Source: Microthrixaceae bacterium
GTDB taxonomy: Bacteria > Actinomycetota > Acidimicrobiia > Acidimicrobiales > Microtrichaceae
Length of the DNA: 64,000 nucleotides
Assembly (NCBI GenBank): GCA_020637215.1
Contig: JACJWI010000009.1
Coordinates: forward strand, 20,576 to 84,575
Reading direction: 5' to 3'
Shown here: positions 49,465-58,973 of the stretch, piece after piece
How the letters are laid out: each line of letters starts with the position of its first letter
How positions within the stretch are numbered: position 1 is the stretch's first letter
The notes under the pieces: generated by a model
What the model was told of the DNA's origin: nothing
The model's database searches: none
What the model saw: only the letters and a program-made list of their open reading frames with translations
Made by a program: the position numbers and the translations under genes

Positions 49465-50469
49465 TCAGCGGCGCGCCTCCATGAACATGTCGCGGAGCTC
49501 CTCGTAGGACTCGATCACCCGTCCCGCTCCGAGCACCACCGACTCGAGCGGCTGACGCACCATGCGCACCGGCACCTCGGTCTCCTCGGCCAGCCGCAGG
49601 TCGAGGCCCTTGAGCAGGGACCCACCGCCGACCAGGAAGATGCCCCGCTCGATCAGGTCCTGGGCCAGCTCGGGCGGGGCCTCGGCCACGCAGCTCAGCA
49701 CCGAGTCGACCATGGTGTTGACCGGCTCGGCGATCGCGGTGCGCACCTCGGCCGCCGAGAGGATCACCGTCTTGGGCAGGCCGGACATGAGCTCGCGGCC
49801 CCGCACCTCGGCGCGCACCTCGTCCGGCGTCGGGTACGCGGAGCCGATGAGGATCTTGATCTCCTCGGCGGTCTGCTCCCCGATGGCGATCCCGTACTCG
49901 CGGCGGATGTAGGTGATGATCGACGCGTCGATGTCGAAGCTTCCGACCCGCACCGCCTGCAACGCCACGATCCCACCGAGGGAGATCAACGCTGTCTCGG
50001 AGGTGCCGCCGCCGATGTCGACGACCATGTTGGCCATCGGCTCGTGGATGTGCAGCCCCGCGCCGATCGCGGCCGCCATCGGCTGCTCGATCAGCTGCGC
50101 CTCGGTGGCCCCGGCCTTGCGGGCCGCCTCGGTGACCGCCCGCTTCTCCACCGCGGTGATCGCGGACGGCACGCAGATGACCACGCGGGGGCGGTTGAAG
50201 CGGTTGACGCCCACCCGCTTGAGCAGGAGCCGGATCATCTCCTGGGTGACCTCGAAGTCGGTGATCGCCCCCTGGCGCAGCGGACGCACCGCCACGATGT
50301 AGCTGGGGGTCCGGCCGATCATCTTCCAGGCGTCCCGGCCCATGGCCAGGACCTCGTTGGTGCGGCTGTTGAGCGCGATCACCGACGGCTCGTTCAACAC
50401 GATGCCCTCGCCGCGCGCGTAGACCAGGGTGTTCGCCGTCCCCAGGTCGATGGCCAGGTCGCGTGCCAG
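49465..50469 (-). CDS. mreB: Rod shape-determining protein MreB; probable CTG start
   Basis: DLAIDLGTANT, PLRQGAITDF, VDIGGGTSE, GGGSLL; GGAGG 7 nt before CTG at 50469. Confidence 0.93.
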   Translation of the reverse strand: MARDLAIDLGTANTLVYARGEGIVLNEPSVIALNSRTNEVLAMGRDAWKMIGRTPSYIVAVRPLRQGAITDFEVTQEMIRLLLKRVGVNRFNRPRVVICVPSAITAVEKRAVTEAARKAGATEAQLIEQPMAAAIGAGLHIHEPMANMVVDIGGGTSETALISLGGIVALQAVRVGSFDIDASIITYIRREYGIAIGEQTAEEIKILIGSAYPTPDEVRAEVRGRELMSGLPKTVILSAAEVRTAIAEPVNTMVDSVLSCVAEAPPELAQDLIERGIFLVGGGSLLKGLDLRLAEETEVPVRMVRQPLESVVLGAGRVIESYEELRDMFMEARR

Positions 50470-50473
50470 CGTC

Positions 50474-50668
50474 CTACCTCCGGGTCCGGCGTCGACGGAC
50501 CACCCGGCCCTCGATCTCGGGTTCGTCGGGGGCCAGCGCGCGCATCTTGTCGTGGAACTGGTCGATGCTCGAGTGCGGAGAGGACGGCGGCCGGCTCCGC
50601 AGGACCAGGATGGTCACGCCGACCACGCTGATGACGAGCGCGACCCCGAGGAAGATCAGGTTGCTCAT
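50474..50668 (-). CDS. Small single-TM membrane protein
   Basis: MSNLIFLGVALVISVVGVTILVL...SSIDQFHDKMRALAP; overlaps the moaE stop. Confidence 0.7.
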   Translation of the reverse strand: MSNLIFLGVALVISVVGVTILVLRSRPPSSPHSSIDQFHDKMRALAPDEPEIEGRVVRRRRTRR

Positions 50669-51204
50669 GGTCTCGTCGTCCCCACGGGATCTGCACCGAC
50701 CTGATCTGCACCGACCTGATCGGCGCCGACGACGACGCGGGCGTCGGAGCCCCAGTCCTGCCCGCCGGCCCAGCGTTCGCGCTTCCACACCGGCACCGAC
50801 TCCTTGACCGCGTCGATGGCGAAGCGGGCCGCGTCGAACGCCTCGGCCCGGTGAGGTGCCGACACGGCGACGACGACGGCCTCCTGGCCGATCGGGACGT
50901 CGCCGACCCGGTGAAGGATCGCCACCCGACCGGCGGCGGGCCAGCGCCGACGCAGCTCGTCGACCACCCGGTCCATCCGCGCCACCGCGTGGTCCTCGTA
51001 GGCCTCGTAGGCGAGCTCGGTCACCTCGGGTCGACCGGCCGAGTGGTCCCGGGCGGTCCCGGTGAACACGACCACCGCACCGCAGTCCGGTCGGACCGCC
51101 CACGCGTAGGCGTCGCCCACCGGAAGGCCACCGGCGACGAGCGCGGTCCAGTCGTCGCCGCGCTCGGGCGGACGCGACACGCTCGGGGTTCCGGACGTCG
51201 GCAC
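50665..51204 (-). CDS. moaE: Molybdopterin synthase catalytic subunit
   Basis: GAVVVFTGTARD, LAYEAY, HRVGDV, VSAPHRAEAF, KESVPVWKRE. Start approximate. Confidence 0.9.
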   Translation of the reverse strand: MPTSGTPSVSRPPERGDDWTALVAGGLPVGDAYAWAVRPDCGAVVVFTGTARDHSAGRPEVTELAYEAYEDHAVARMDRVVDELRRRWPAAGRVAILHRVGDVPIGQEAVVVAVSAPHRAEAFDAARFAIDAVKESVPVWKRERWAGGQDWGSDARVVVGADQVGADQVGADPVGTTRP

Positions 51205-51288
51205 GGCGTCATCGTAGGGAAGTTCGACGCCCGCGCCCATCCGGAGCCGCGGCCGGCGCGGCGTCGACGATCGGTATCGTCGGGCTCC

Positions 51289-52104
51289 ATGCAGGAACCG
51301 GCCGAGCGCGGGCCCGACGGCTCCGACGCCGCGGCCGACGGAGCGACCGCCCGGCGTTGGGTCCACCCCAGCGAGCTGGGCCTGCAGACACGTTCGCGTT
51401 CGGACCGACGGCGCGGCACCTGGTTGGCCTCGACGCTGGTGCTCGGCGGCCTCGGCCTGCTGGCGTTCGGTCTGATCATCGGAGTCGGGGCGGACCGGGA
51501 TCCCGGCACCGCTGCGTCGTCCCCGGACCGCGGGGTGTCCGCCTCGCTGGCGTCGCTCACCGTCCTCGACGGCCAGAGTCGACGCACGGTGACCGGCGTC
51601 GTGCTCGATGCCGAGGGTCATGTGGCAGTCCGGTCCGGTTCGGTCAGCGGAGCCCAGGAGGTCTGGGTGAGCTGCGGCGGCGCTGCACCCCAGGCGGCCC
51701 GCGTCGTGGCCCACGACGACGGTCTGGACCTGGCGGTCGTCGCGCTCGGCGAACCCGCGGGCCGACCGGTCACCGCGGCCGGCGGGGCGACCGACGGCGA
51801 CGACGTGCTGCTGGCCCGCGCCGGGGTCGGCGAGTCCGCGCCGTCGGTCAGCCCGGGTCGGGTGGCTGCGGTCCGGGCCGAGGAGCAGACCGGGCAACCG
51901 CCCACGATGCGCGTCGTCGCCTCCGGGGCATCCGCCGCCAGCACCCCCGTGACCGCGGCGTCGACCGAGCCGGCCGGGCCCGACGGCGCGGCGTTCGACC
52001 GCCGTGGACGCTTCGTGGGCCTCGTCGTCGCCGGCGACCACGGCGCCGCCCAGCTGTTGCCGGCAGCCACCGTGCTCGAGGTCGCCACCGCGCTCCTGCG
52101 CTGA
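51289..52104 (+). CDS. Membrane-anchored trypsin-like (HtrA-like) domain protein, catalytic residues degenerate
   Basis: WVHPSE motif, TM helix, TGVVLDAEGHV, DLAVV, GAAFDRRGRFVGL. Confidence 0.7.
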   Translation: MQEPAERGPDGSDAAADGATARRWVHPSELGLQTRSRSDRRRGTWLASTLVLGGLGLLAFGLIIGVGADRDPGTAASSPDRGVSASLASLTVLDGQSRRTVTGVVLDAEGHVAVRSGSVSGAQEVWVSCGGAAPQAARVVAHDDGLDLAVVALGEPAGRPVTAAGGATDGDDVLLARAGVGESAPSVSPGRVAAVRAEEQTGQPPTMRVVASGASAASTPVTAASTEPAGPDGAAFDRRGRFVGLVVAGDHGAAQLLPAATVLEVATALLR

Positions 52105-52156
52105 GGCCCCGTCGCGCCGCGATGGCGCCCCGGTGGCGGAGTCGTAGCATCGGAGC

Positions 52157-53629
52157 GTGACCGACGACGGCCCTCCCGACCCGTTCGACGACGACCCGCT
52201 CGACGACGGCGCCGACGCCGGCAGCGGATCCCCGTCGGGATCCCCGTTCTCCGGGGGCATGCCGTTCTCCGGCGGCATGCCCTTCCCCGGCGGCCTTCCC
52301 GGCGGCTTTCCGGGCGGGGCCGACATGTCCTTCGGCGACATGGGCGCGTTCCTCCAGGGGCTGTCGTCGATGCTCGCCGGCGGTTCCGGCTCCGGGGGCA
52401 GCTGGGACGCGGCCGCTCAACTGGCGGGATCGATCGCCACCCAGGGACGCTCCGAACCGAACCTCGACCCGGCCGACCGCATCGCCGTCGAGCAGCTGGC
52501 CCGGGTCGCCGAACTGCAGGTGCAGGGGATCGTCACCGTCGGCGCCGACACCCCCGTCCGGCTGGAGCCGCTGAACCGGACCCAGTGGGCCCGCCGATTC
52601 CTCGACGACGAACGCCCGCTGCTCGAACGCCTCTCCGGCTCCCTCGGCCGGGCCCTTCAGGCTCAGCTCGGCGAGCTCGAGAAGGAGGCCGACGACGACC
52701 CGTTGGCGGCGATGGGCGGACTCGGCTCGGCCGACGCGCTGATCCGCCAGGTGATGGCGATGATGGGCCCGATGCTGCTCGGCATGATGGCCGGCAGCAC
52801 CGCCGGGCACCTGGCCGCACGCGCCTTCGGCCACTACGAGCTGCCGCTGCCCCGGCCCGCCGACGGCCCGATCACCATGGTCCTGTCCAACGTCGACGAG
52901 TTCGCCGACGAGTGGAGCCTGCCCCGGGACTCGGTGCGCCTGTGGGTCGTCCTCTCCGACGTCACCCACCACCGGGTGCTCGGCATCCCGCACGTTCGAG
53001 CGCACCTCGACGAGCTGCTCAGCTCCTACAGCTCGGGGTTCAACGACGACGTCGGCGACATGGAGCGGCGCATGGAGGAGCTCGGGATCCCCGACCTGCT
53101 CGGCACCGGCGAACCCGACATGGCCGCTCTGCAACGCCTGGCCGGCGACCCCGACATCCTCCTCGGCGCCATGCAGTCCGACGCCCAGCGCGAGCTGATG
53201 CCACGAATCGAGACGCTGGTCGCCACCATCGAGGGCTACGTCGACCACGTGCTCGACCGGCTCGGACGCCGGCTGCTCGCCGACTACGACCGCGTCACCG
53301 AGGCCATGCGTCGACGCCGGGTCGAGTTCGGCCCGGAACGCCGGTTCGTTGAGCGGCTGTTCGGCCTGGAGCTGCGCCAGGCGACCTTCGACCGGGGCTC
53401 CGTCTTCGTCGAGGGACTGGTCGACCGGGCCGGAGTCGAGGTCCTCGACGAGCTGTGGGGCGACGTCGAACGCCTCCCCACCCCGGCCGAGCTCGAGGCG
53501 CCGGGCCTGTGGCTCGCCCGTGTCGGCGTGGACGTCGGCGACGGCGTCGACGACCTGCCCGAGCTCGACGAGCCGTTCGAGGTGCCGGACTTCCTCGACC
53601 TGGGCGACGACGGCACCACCGAGAGCTGA
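52157..53629 (+). CDS. Zincin-like protein (DUF2342 family)
   Basis: WDAAAQLA, LETL-like IETLVATIEGYVDHV, LFGLEL, LPTPAELEAPGLWLAR. Confidence 0.85.
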   Translation: MTDDGPPDPFDDDPLDDGADAGSGSPSGSPFSGGMPFSGGMPFPGGLPGGFPGGADMSFGDMGAFLQGLSSMLAGGSGSGGSWDAAAQLAGSIATQGRSEPNLDPADRIAVEQLARVAELQVQGIVTVGADTPVRLEPLNRTQWARRFLDDERPLLERLSGSLGRALQAQLGELEKEADDDPLAAMGGLGSADALIRQVMAMMGPMLLGMMAGSTAGHLAARAFGHYELPLPRPADGPITMVLSNVDEFADEWSLPRDSVRLWVVLSDVTHHRVLGIPHVRAHLDELLSSYSSGFNDDVGDMERRMEELGIPDLLGTGEPDMAALQRLAGDPDILLGAMQSDAQRELMPRIETLVATIEGYVDHVLDRLGRRLLADYDRVTEAMRRRRVEFGPERRFVERLFGLELRQATFDRGSVFVEGLVDRAGVEVLDELWGDVERLPTPAELEAPGLWLARVGVDVGDGVDDLPELDEPFEVPDFLDLGDDGTTES

Positions 53630-53702
53630 CCGCCGGCAGCGAACCCGCCCACGGCGGCCCCCAGATCCCTTCCCGAGGCCGGGACCCCGGGAGTCGGACC
53701 GG

Positions 53703-55055
53703 TCAGCTCCCGCTGACGGCGACGTCGTCGATCACCAGCGAGCAGGCCCCGGAACCGCCCGGCGTCCACTCGAAGTCCCCGCCGACCTCGGCGACGTCGA
53801 GCAGCAGCCGCTGGAGGGTCGACGCGATGGTGACCTCGCGCACCGGCGCTCCGAGCTGCCCGCCGTCGATGAGCAGTCCGTCGGCGCCGACCGAGAAGTC
53901 GCCCGAGACCGGGTTCACCCCCGAGTGCAGGCCGGCGAAGGACGTGACGTAGAGCCCCCGGTCGATGCCCGCCACCAGCTCCTCGAAGCTGCGCTCGCCG
54001 GGCGTCATCACCAGCAGTTGCGCCCCGACCCCGGGCAGCGACCGCACGCCGCGGACCGCGGACGCGGTGGATGCCTCCCCGGAGCGACGCCCGGTGTAGC
54101 TGTCGTGGAGGAACCCCTGCAGCACGCCGTCGACGATCAGGTCGTTGCGCCGACAGGCCAGGCCCTCGCCGTCGTACTCGTCGGCCGCGATCGATTCCGA
54201 GCGGGTCGGGTCGTCGACGAAGGTGAGCAGCGGCGACGCGACCGACTCGCCGACCCGGTCCGCGAACGGCGAGCGGCCCCTGGTGACGGCGTCTCCGCTC
54301 AGCATCCCCGCCACCAGCGACACCAGCGTGATGGCGAGCCGGGGCTCGAGCAGGATCGTCCGCCGCGACGACGGCGGCTTGGTCGCGCCGAGCAGTCGCA
54401 CCGCCCGCTGCACCGCGTCGGCCGCGACCTGGTCCAGGTCGAGAGCGAAGGGGTCCCGCGACGCGTCGACGGCCCAGCCCATCTGGGTCTCGCCGTCGGC
54501 GCGGGCCATGGGCGAGGTGGACGCAGAGCACGACCCGCTGCGCTGGAACACCTCGATCCCGTTGCTCGACACGACCGCGGACTCGCCCCAGCCGTCGTGG
54601 TAGGCGGTGGTGCGCGCCGAGGTGACCCGGGGGTCGATCCCGGTCGTCAGGCGCTCCAGCTCCAGGGCGATTCCGACCTTGGCGTCGTTGGCGAGGGCGA
54701 CCACCGCGTCGGACCAGCCGTCCTGGGCCACCGGGGCCACGCCGTCGGGTTCGGCCAGCCCGTTGAACTCGTCGGGCTCCGCGAACCGGCAGTTGTCGCG
54801 GGCCTCGGCCAGGGTTTCGGCCAGCACGTCGGGTTCGAGCGACCCGCAGTGCGCGAACCCCTGACGGCCGTCGCGGATGACCCGGACGCCGGCGCCGTCG
54901 GTGCTCGCGGAGGTGAAGGACTCGACCTCGCCGCCGAACACCTTCACCGACGTCGACGTCGACCGACCGACCGCGACCTCGATCTGCTCGCCGCCCGTCG
55001 CGCTGCCGACCAGCGACCGGGCCAGGGCGACCAGGTCGGCGTCGCCGCCGCTCAC
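53703..55055 (-). CDS. pmbA: PmbA/TldE family protein (copy 1)
   Basis: GVRVIRDGRQG, YDGEGLA, GLHSGVNPVSGDFS; GTGA overlap with the upstream copy. Confidence 0.92.
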   Translation of the reverse strand: MSGGDADLVALARSLVGSATGGEQIEVAVGRSTSTSVKVFGGEVESFTSASTDGAGVRVIRDGRQGFAHCGSLEPDVLAETLAEARDNCRFAEPDEFNGLAEPDGVAPVAQDGWSDAVVALANDAKVGIALELERLTTGIDPRVTSARTTAYHDGWGESAVVSSNGIEVFQRSGSCSASTSPMARADGETQMGWAVDASRDPFALDLDQVAADAVQRAVRLLGATKPPSSRRTILLEPRLAITLVSLVAGMLSGDAVTRGRSPFADRVGESVASPLLTFVDDPTRSESIAADEYDGEGLACRRNDLIVDGVLQGFLHDSYTGRRSGEASTASAVRGVRSLPGVGAQLLVMTPGERSFEELVAGIDRGLYVTSFAGLHSGVNPVSGDFSVGADGLLIDGGQLGAPVREVTIASTLQRLLLDVAEVGGDFEWTPGGSGACSLVIDDVAVSGS

Positions 55056-56404
55056 GTGCCCGACATGGTCACGTCGGACACCGCCAACGAGACCCCGGTC
55101 GCGTCCCACGGGAAGTAGGTCGTGTCGGCGCCGACCGCGACGACGTCGTGCAGCATGCGGGGCAGGGTGGAGCCGATCGTCACCTCGCGCACCGGTTCGG
55201 CCAGCTCGCCGTTGCGGATCCGACGGCCTTCGACGCCGACCGACAGGTCTCCCGACACCGGGTTCACCCCGGAGTGCAGCCCCGACAGCTCCGTCACCAG
55301 CAGCCCGTCGCCGACCCGGGCGAGGACGTCGGCGAGCCCGCCGGAGCCGCCGGTGAGCTTGGCCACGCGGGGACCCACCCCCGGCACGCCCTTGTGGCCG
55401 CCGCGTTGGGCGGATCCGGTGCTGGTGACGCCCGATGCCCGGGCCGTGTAGGCGTTGTGCAGGTAGCCGCCGAGCACGCCGCCCGAGATCAGGGGGACCG
55501 TCCGGGTGGCCAGGCCCTCGCCGTCGGTGTCGTCCGCGGTGGGGGCGAGCGGATCGGTCGGGTCGTCGATGAGGGTGACCAGGGGCGAGGCCACCGACTC
55601 CCCCACCCGGCCGGCGAACGCGGACCGCCCCCGCAGGACCGCCTCGCCCGAGAGCAGCTCGGCGACCAGACCCAGGAACTGCGACGTCACGTACGGGTCG
55701 AACACGACGGTGAGCCGTTCGCTCGGGGCCTTGGCCGCACCCAGCATCGACAGGCAGCGGTTCACGGCGTCCGCGGCGGCGGGCTCGAGCCGGAGGTCCT
55801 CGGTGCTGCGCCCGATCGAGAAGCCGAACCCCGTCGTGGTGCCCGAGTCGTCCTCGGCCAACGCCCATGCGCCGAGGTAGGCCGAGGTGTCGGCTCCGGC
55901 GACCCGGATCCCGGTGGTGGTGGCGATCGCCCCGGCGGCGACGGAGTCCGCGTAGTCCGACGCCTCCAGTCCGACCATGCGGGGATCGGCGTCGAGGATC
56001 GCCCGTTCGAGAGCGACGGCCAGCTCGATCTTGGCGTCGGTGGCCACTTCGGCCAGCCGGGGGTCGAACAGGTCGAGCGTCACCGGGGCGACGCCGTCGG
56101 GACGGGCGAGGCCGGCGTCGGGGTCCGGCGTGCCGAACGCGGCGTTGTCGCGGGCCTCGGCGATGCACTCGTCGAAGGCCTCGCGGTCTCCGAGGTGACC
56201 GACCCACGCCATGCCGGTCCGACCGTCGCGGACGATGCGCACGCCGAGCCCGGCGCTGTCGGACTCGACGAAGTGCTCCACCTCGCCGTCCGCGGCCCGG
56301 ATCTCGGTGTCGTGGCTCCAGGAGACGACGGCTTCGAGCTCCTCGTCGGGCCGCGCCCGGGCCACGACGTCATCGGCGATGGACAGCAGTTCGTCGGGGG
56401 TCAC
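55052..56404 (-). CDS. pmbA: PmbA/TldE family protein (copy 2)
   Basis: GVRIVRDGRTG, DGEGLAT, GLHSGVNPVSGDLS; start GTG ACC CCC GAC GAA CTG. Confidence 0.92.
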   Translation of the reverse strand: MTPDELLSIADDVVARARPDEELEAVVSWSHDTEIRAADGEVEHFVESDSAGLGVRIVRDGRTGMAWVGHLGDREAFDECIAEARDNAAFGTPDPDAGLARPDGVAPVTLDLFDPRLAEVATDAKIELAVALERAILDADPRMVGLEASDYADSVAAGAIATTTGIRVAGADTSAYLGAWALAEDDSGTTTGFGFSIGRSTEDLRLEPAAADAVNRCLSMLGAAKAPSERLTVVFDPYVTSQFLGLVAELLSGEAVLRGRSAFAGRVGESVASPLVTLIDDPTDPLAPTADDTDGEGLATRTVPLISGGVLGGYLHNAYTARASGVTSTGSAQRGGHKGVPGVGPRVAKLTGGSGGLADVLARVGDGLLVTELSGLHSGVNPVSGDLSVGVEGRRIRNGELAEPVREVTIGSTLPRMLHDVVAVGADTTYFPWDATGVSLAVSDVTMSGT

Positions 56405-56490
56405 GCGGGGCGGGGGTCGTTCAGGCGAGGAGAGGGCAGCACGCTCGGCATCGGCCCAGACTGCCACGGGGCCACCGACCCCGCCGCCCC

Positions 56491-56610
56491 CGCCGAACTT
56501 GTAGCCCACACGCCACCACAGCGACCGCCACCTACAACAACGCCGGGGCCCGCCGAACTTGTAGCCCACGCGCCGCCACAGCGACCGCCGGCTACAACAT
56601 CGCCGAGCCC
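56491..56610 (+). repeat. Repeat family B: two tandem 60-bp units (left of the Cu cassette)
   Basis: cgccgaacttgtagcccacacgccaccacagcgaccgccacctacaacaacgcc..., period exactly 60; internal ttgtagcc/ggctacaa inverted repeat. Confidence 0.9.
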
Positions 56611-56692
56611 GCGGGCCCGAACCCCACGCGCATGACCCAAGTCACCACGGCCCAGCACGGAACTGGTGATGCATCTGTGGTTTGATATCTCC

Positions 56693-57352
56693 ATGTCCGA
56701 TAACTTCCGTCAACGGCGACGGGTGCGGACCGGTCGCATCGTCGCCCTGCTCGTGGCTCTCACGCTGGTAGGTGCCGCCTGCGGCAGCGACACCACCGAC
56801 GACGACGCCTCGGGTTCCGGCGACCTGCTGGGCGCCGTCCGAAACCCGCCGCTCGCGGTCGGCGACGTCACCCTGACCGACACCTCCGGAGCGACGCCCC
56901 GGTCGGTCACCATGACCCCGCCCAAGGGCGAGCTGTACGTCGTGTACTTCGGCTACGCGTCCTGCCCCGACATCTGCCCGACGACGCTGAGCGACATCCA
57001 GGTCGCTCTCGGCGACCTGGATGAGGCCGACGCGAAGCGGGTGACGGTCGGCATGGTGACCGTCGACCCCGAGCGCGACACACCCGAGCTGCTGAGCGAG
57101 TACCTCAGCCACTTCTTCGACCGCTCGATGGCCCTGCGGGCCGAGACGCCCGAGGCCCTGACCGCTGCCACCGAAGCCTTCGGGGTCCGCTACGAGATCG
57201 CCCCGCACCCCCCGGGTGCCACCGACTACGAGGTGTCGCACACCGCGGTGACCTACGTCATCGACGACACCGGCAAGGTCGCCGTCGAGTGGCCGTTCGG
57301 CTTCGACAGCGAGCACATGACCAAGGACCTCAACACACTCCTGGAGGGTTGA
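56693..57352 (+). CDS. SCO1/SenC copper chaperone lipoprotein
   Basis: Lipobox GAAC, FGYASCPDICP, VTVDPERDT, VSHT. Confidence 0.93.
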   Translation: MSDNFRQRRRVRTGRIVALLVALTLVGAACGSDTTDDDASGSGDLLGAVRNPPLAVGDVTLTDTSGATPRSVTMTPPKGELYVVYFGYASCPDICPTTLSDIQVALGDLDEADAKRVTVGMVTVDPERDTPELLSEYLSHFFDRSMALRAETPEALTAATEAFGVRYEIAPHPPGATDYEVSHTAVTYVIDDTGKVAVEWPFGFDSEHMTKDLNTLLEG

Positions 57353-57353
57353 C

Positions 57354-57977
57354 ATGCACACCGACCGAATCCGCCGCTCCCTGGCGGCACCGATGGCCCT
57401 CGCCCTGACCGCCGGGGTGTTCCTCGTCGGCTGTGGCGACGACGGCAAGGAGTCATCGTCATCGACGACCCGACCCGAGGCGTCCACCAGCCAGCCCGCC
57501 GACGACGCCGCGATCAGCACCTCGGGGGTCTGGGCCCGCACCTCACCCGCGGTGGCCAGCGCCGGAGCCGTCTACCTGAAGATCACCAACGACTCCGACT
57601 CCGACGACGCCCTGGTCGCCGCCGCGGTCGACCCGTCGGTGGCCAAGAAGACCGAGCTGCACGAGACCAAGGCGGCCGACGGCGGAATGTCGAGCACCAC
57701 CGCGCCCGAAGAGGGGATGGGGCAGGGACAGTCGGGCGACGCCCACGGTTCCTCGACCACCGCGATGGGCGGCGGCGGGATGATGACGATGGCCGAGGTG
57801 GAGAAGATCCCGGTCGCCGCCGGCACGACCGTCGCCCTCGAGCCCGGCGGCTACCACATCATGTTGATGGAGCTGGCCAAGCCGCTGGTCGTCGGTGAGA
57901 AGGTGAAGGTGACGCTGACCTTCGAGAAGGCCGGCGACGTCGTCGTCGAGGCGGAAGTCCGTGACAACGCCCCTTGA
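57354..57977 (+). CDS. PCu(A)C copper chaperone lipoprotein
   Basis: Lipobox LVGC, GAVYLKITN, ELHET, LEPGGYHIMLM. Confidence 0.92.
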   Translation: MHTDRIRRSLAAPMALALTAGVFLVGCGDDGKESSSSTTRPEASTSQPADDAAISTSGVWARTSPAVASAGAVYLKITNDSDSDDALVAAAVDPSVAKKTELHETKAADGGMSSTTAPEEGMGQGQSGDAHGSSTTAMGGGGMMTMAEVEKIPVAAGTTVALEPGGYHIMLMELAKPLVVGEKVKVTLTFEKAGDVVVEAEVRDNAP

Positions 57978-58455
57978 CCCGACCTCGGATCCGACGGCTG
58001 ATCCGACTGCTGGAGACACCGCTGATCCGACCTCGTCGGGGCTCCCGGACACAGGTCCGGGGGCCCCGGCCGGGGCCGAGCCGCGCCGACGCCATCGTGG
58101 GTTGGTGATCGCCGCGACCATCTCGGTGCTCGCCCTGTTGACCGCCGGGGTCGCCTGGCTGGTCGTGAGCCGCGACAGCGGACCCGAGCCGCGGACGGTC
58201 CACCTGGTCGTCGAGGCCGGGACCCAGGACCGGGTGAACGCCGGCGAGAAGGTCGTCATGATGCCCAGCTACATGGAGCTGCGCGTCGGCGACACCCTCT
58301 TCATCGAGAACAAGGATGCGGTGCCGCAGTGGGTGGGTCCCTACCTGGTGGGCCCGGGCAACTCGTTCTCGTTCACCTACGGGTCCCCCGGGCGCTTCGC
58401 CGGCTTCTGCCCTCTCGCCGACGGGCAGACCTACGAGATCGTGGTCAAGGAATGA
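57961..58455 (+). CDS. Membrane-anchored cupredoxin-like protein
   Basis: TM helix, LRVGDTLFIENKD, FSFTYGSPGRFAGFCP. Confidence 0.6.
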   Translation: MTTPLDPTSDPTADPTAGDTADPTSSGLPDTGPGAPAGAEPRRRHRGLVIAATISVLALLTAGVAWLVVSRDSGPEPRTVHLVVEAGTQDRVNAGEKVVMMPSYMELRVGDTLFIENKDAVPQWVGPYLVGPGNSFSFTYGSPGRFAGFCPLADGQTYEIVVKE

Positions 58456-58973
58456 CCGCCGCACGAGCCCACCGAGCCACCGCCACCGTCAGTCTGCTCA
58501 TCGCAGCCATCGCCATCTCGGTGTTCGGCACAGCCTGCGGGGGTGGCGGTTCCGACGACGCCTACGTCGCCGAGGACCTGCGCTCCGGCCGGGACGTGTC
58601 GGTCGAGGACCTCCGGGGTGAGCCGGTGGTCCTGGTCAGCTGGGCGACCTGGTGCAAGGAGTGCGACGAGGTGCTCCGCGGCCTCCAGGAGTTCTCGTCG
58701 TCGGAGGACGCCAAGGGCCTCGAGGTGGTGGCGGTCAACCTCGACGCCGCGTCGGTCGACGACGAGATCGACGCCAAGATCGAGCGCCACGGGCTGAGCA
58801 CCCGGCTGTGGCGGGACCGCCGCAACGAGTTCAAGCGCTCGTTCAAAGCGCTCGGCGTCCCCACGACGGTGCTGCTCGATCGTGACGGAGAGGTGGCGGC
58901 GACCTTCCCGGGAGCGGTCGACTTCGACAGCGCCGAGGTCCGCTCCGCGCTCGAGGAGATCCGGTCGTCGTGA
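58452..58973 (+). CDS. TlpA/ResA-like thiol-disulfide oxidoreductase lipoprotein
   Basis: Lipobox GTAC, WATWCKEC, VVAVNLD, GVPTTVLLDRDG. Confidence 0.9.
   Translation: MTAARAHRATATVSLLIAAIAISVFGTACGGGGSDDAYVAEDLRSGRDVSVEDLRGEPVVLVSWATWCKECDEVLRGLQEFSSSEDAKGLEVVAVNLDAASVDDEIDAKIERHGLSTRLWRDRRNEFKRSFKALGVPTTVLLDRDGEVAATFPGAVDFDSAEVRSALEEIRSS

Noticed and set aside
50690-50725. Tandem repeat at the moaE 3' end (VGADQ x3)
   Set aside because: A 15-bp slippage duplication in a non-conserved tail.
55056-56207. 834-aa ORF 53703-56207 as a fused protein
   Set aside because: The upstream part is an off-frame read of the neighbouring pmbA; the real start is the GTGA overlap at 55055.
56405-56569. 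N-terminal extension of pmbA in the ORF track
   Set aside because: It translates the 60-bp repeats (GYKFGG twice); the family-typical start is GTG at 56404.
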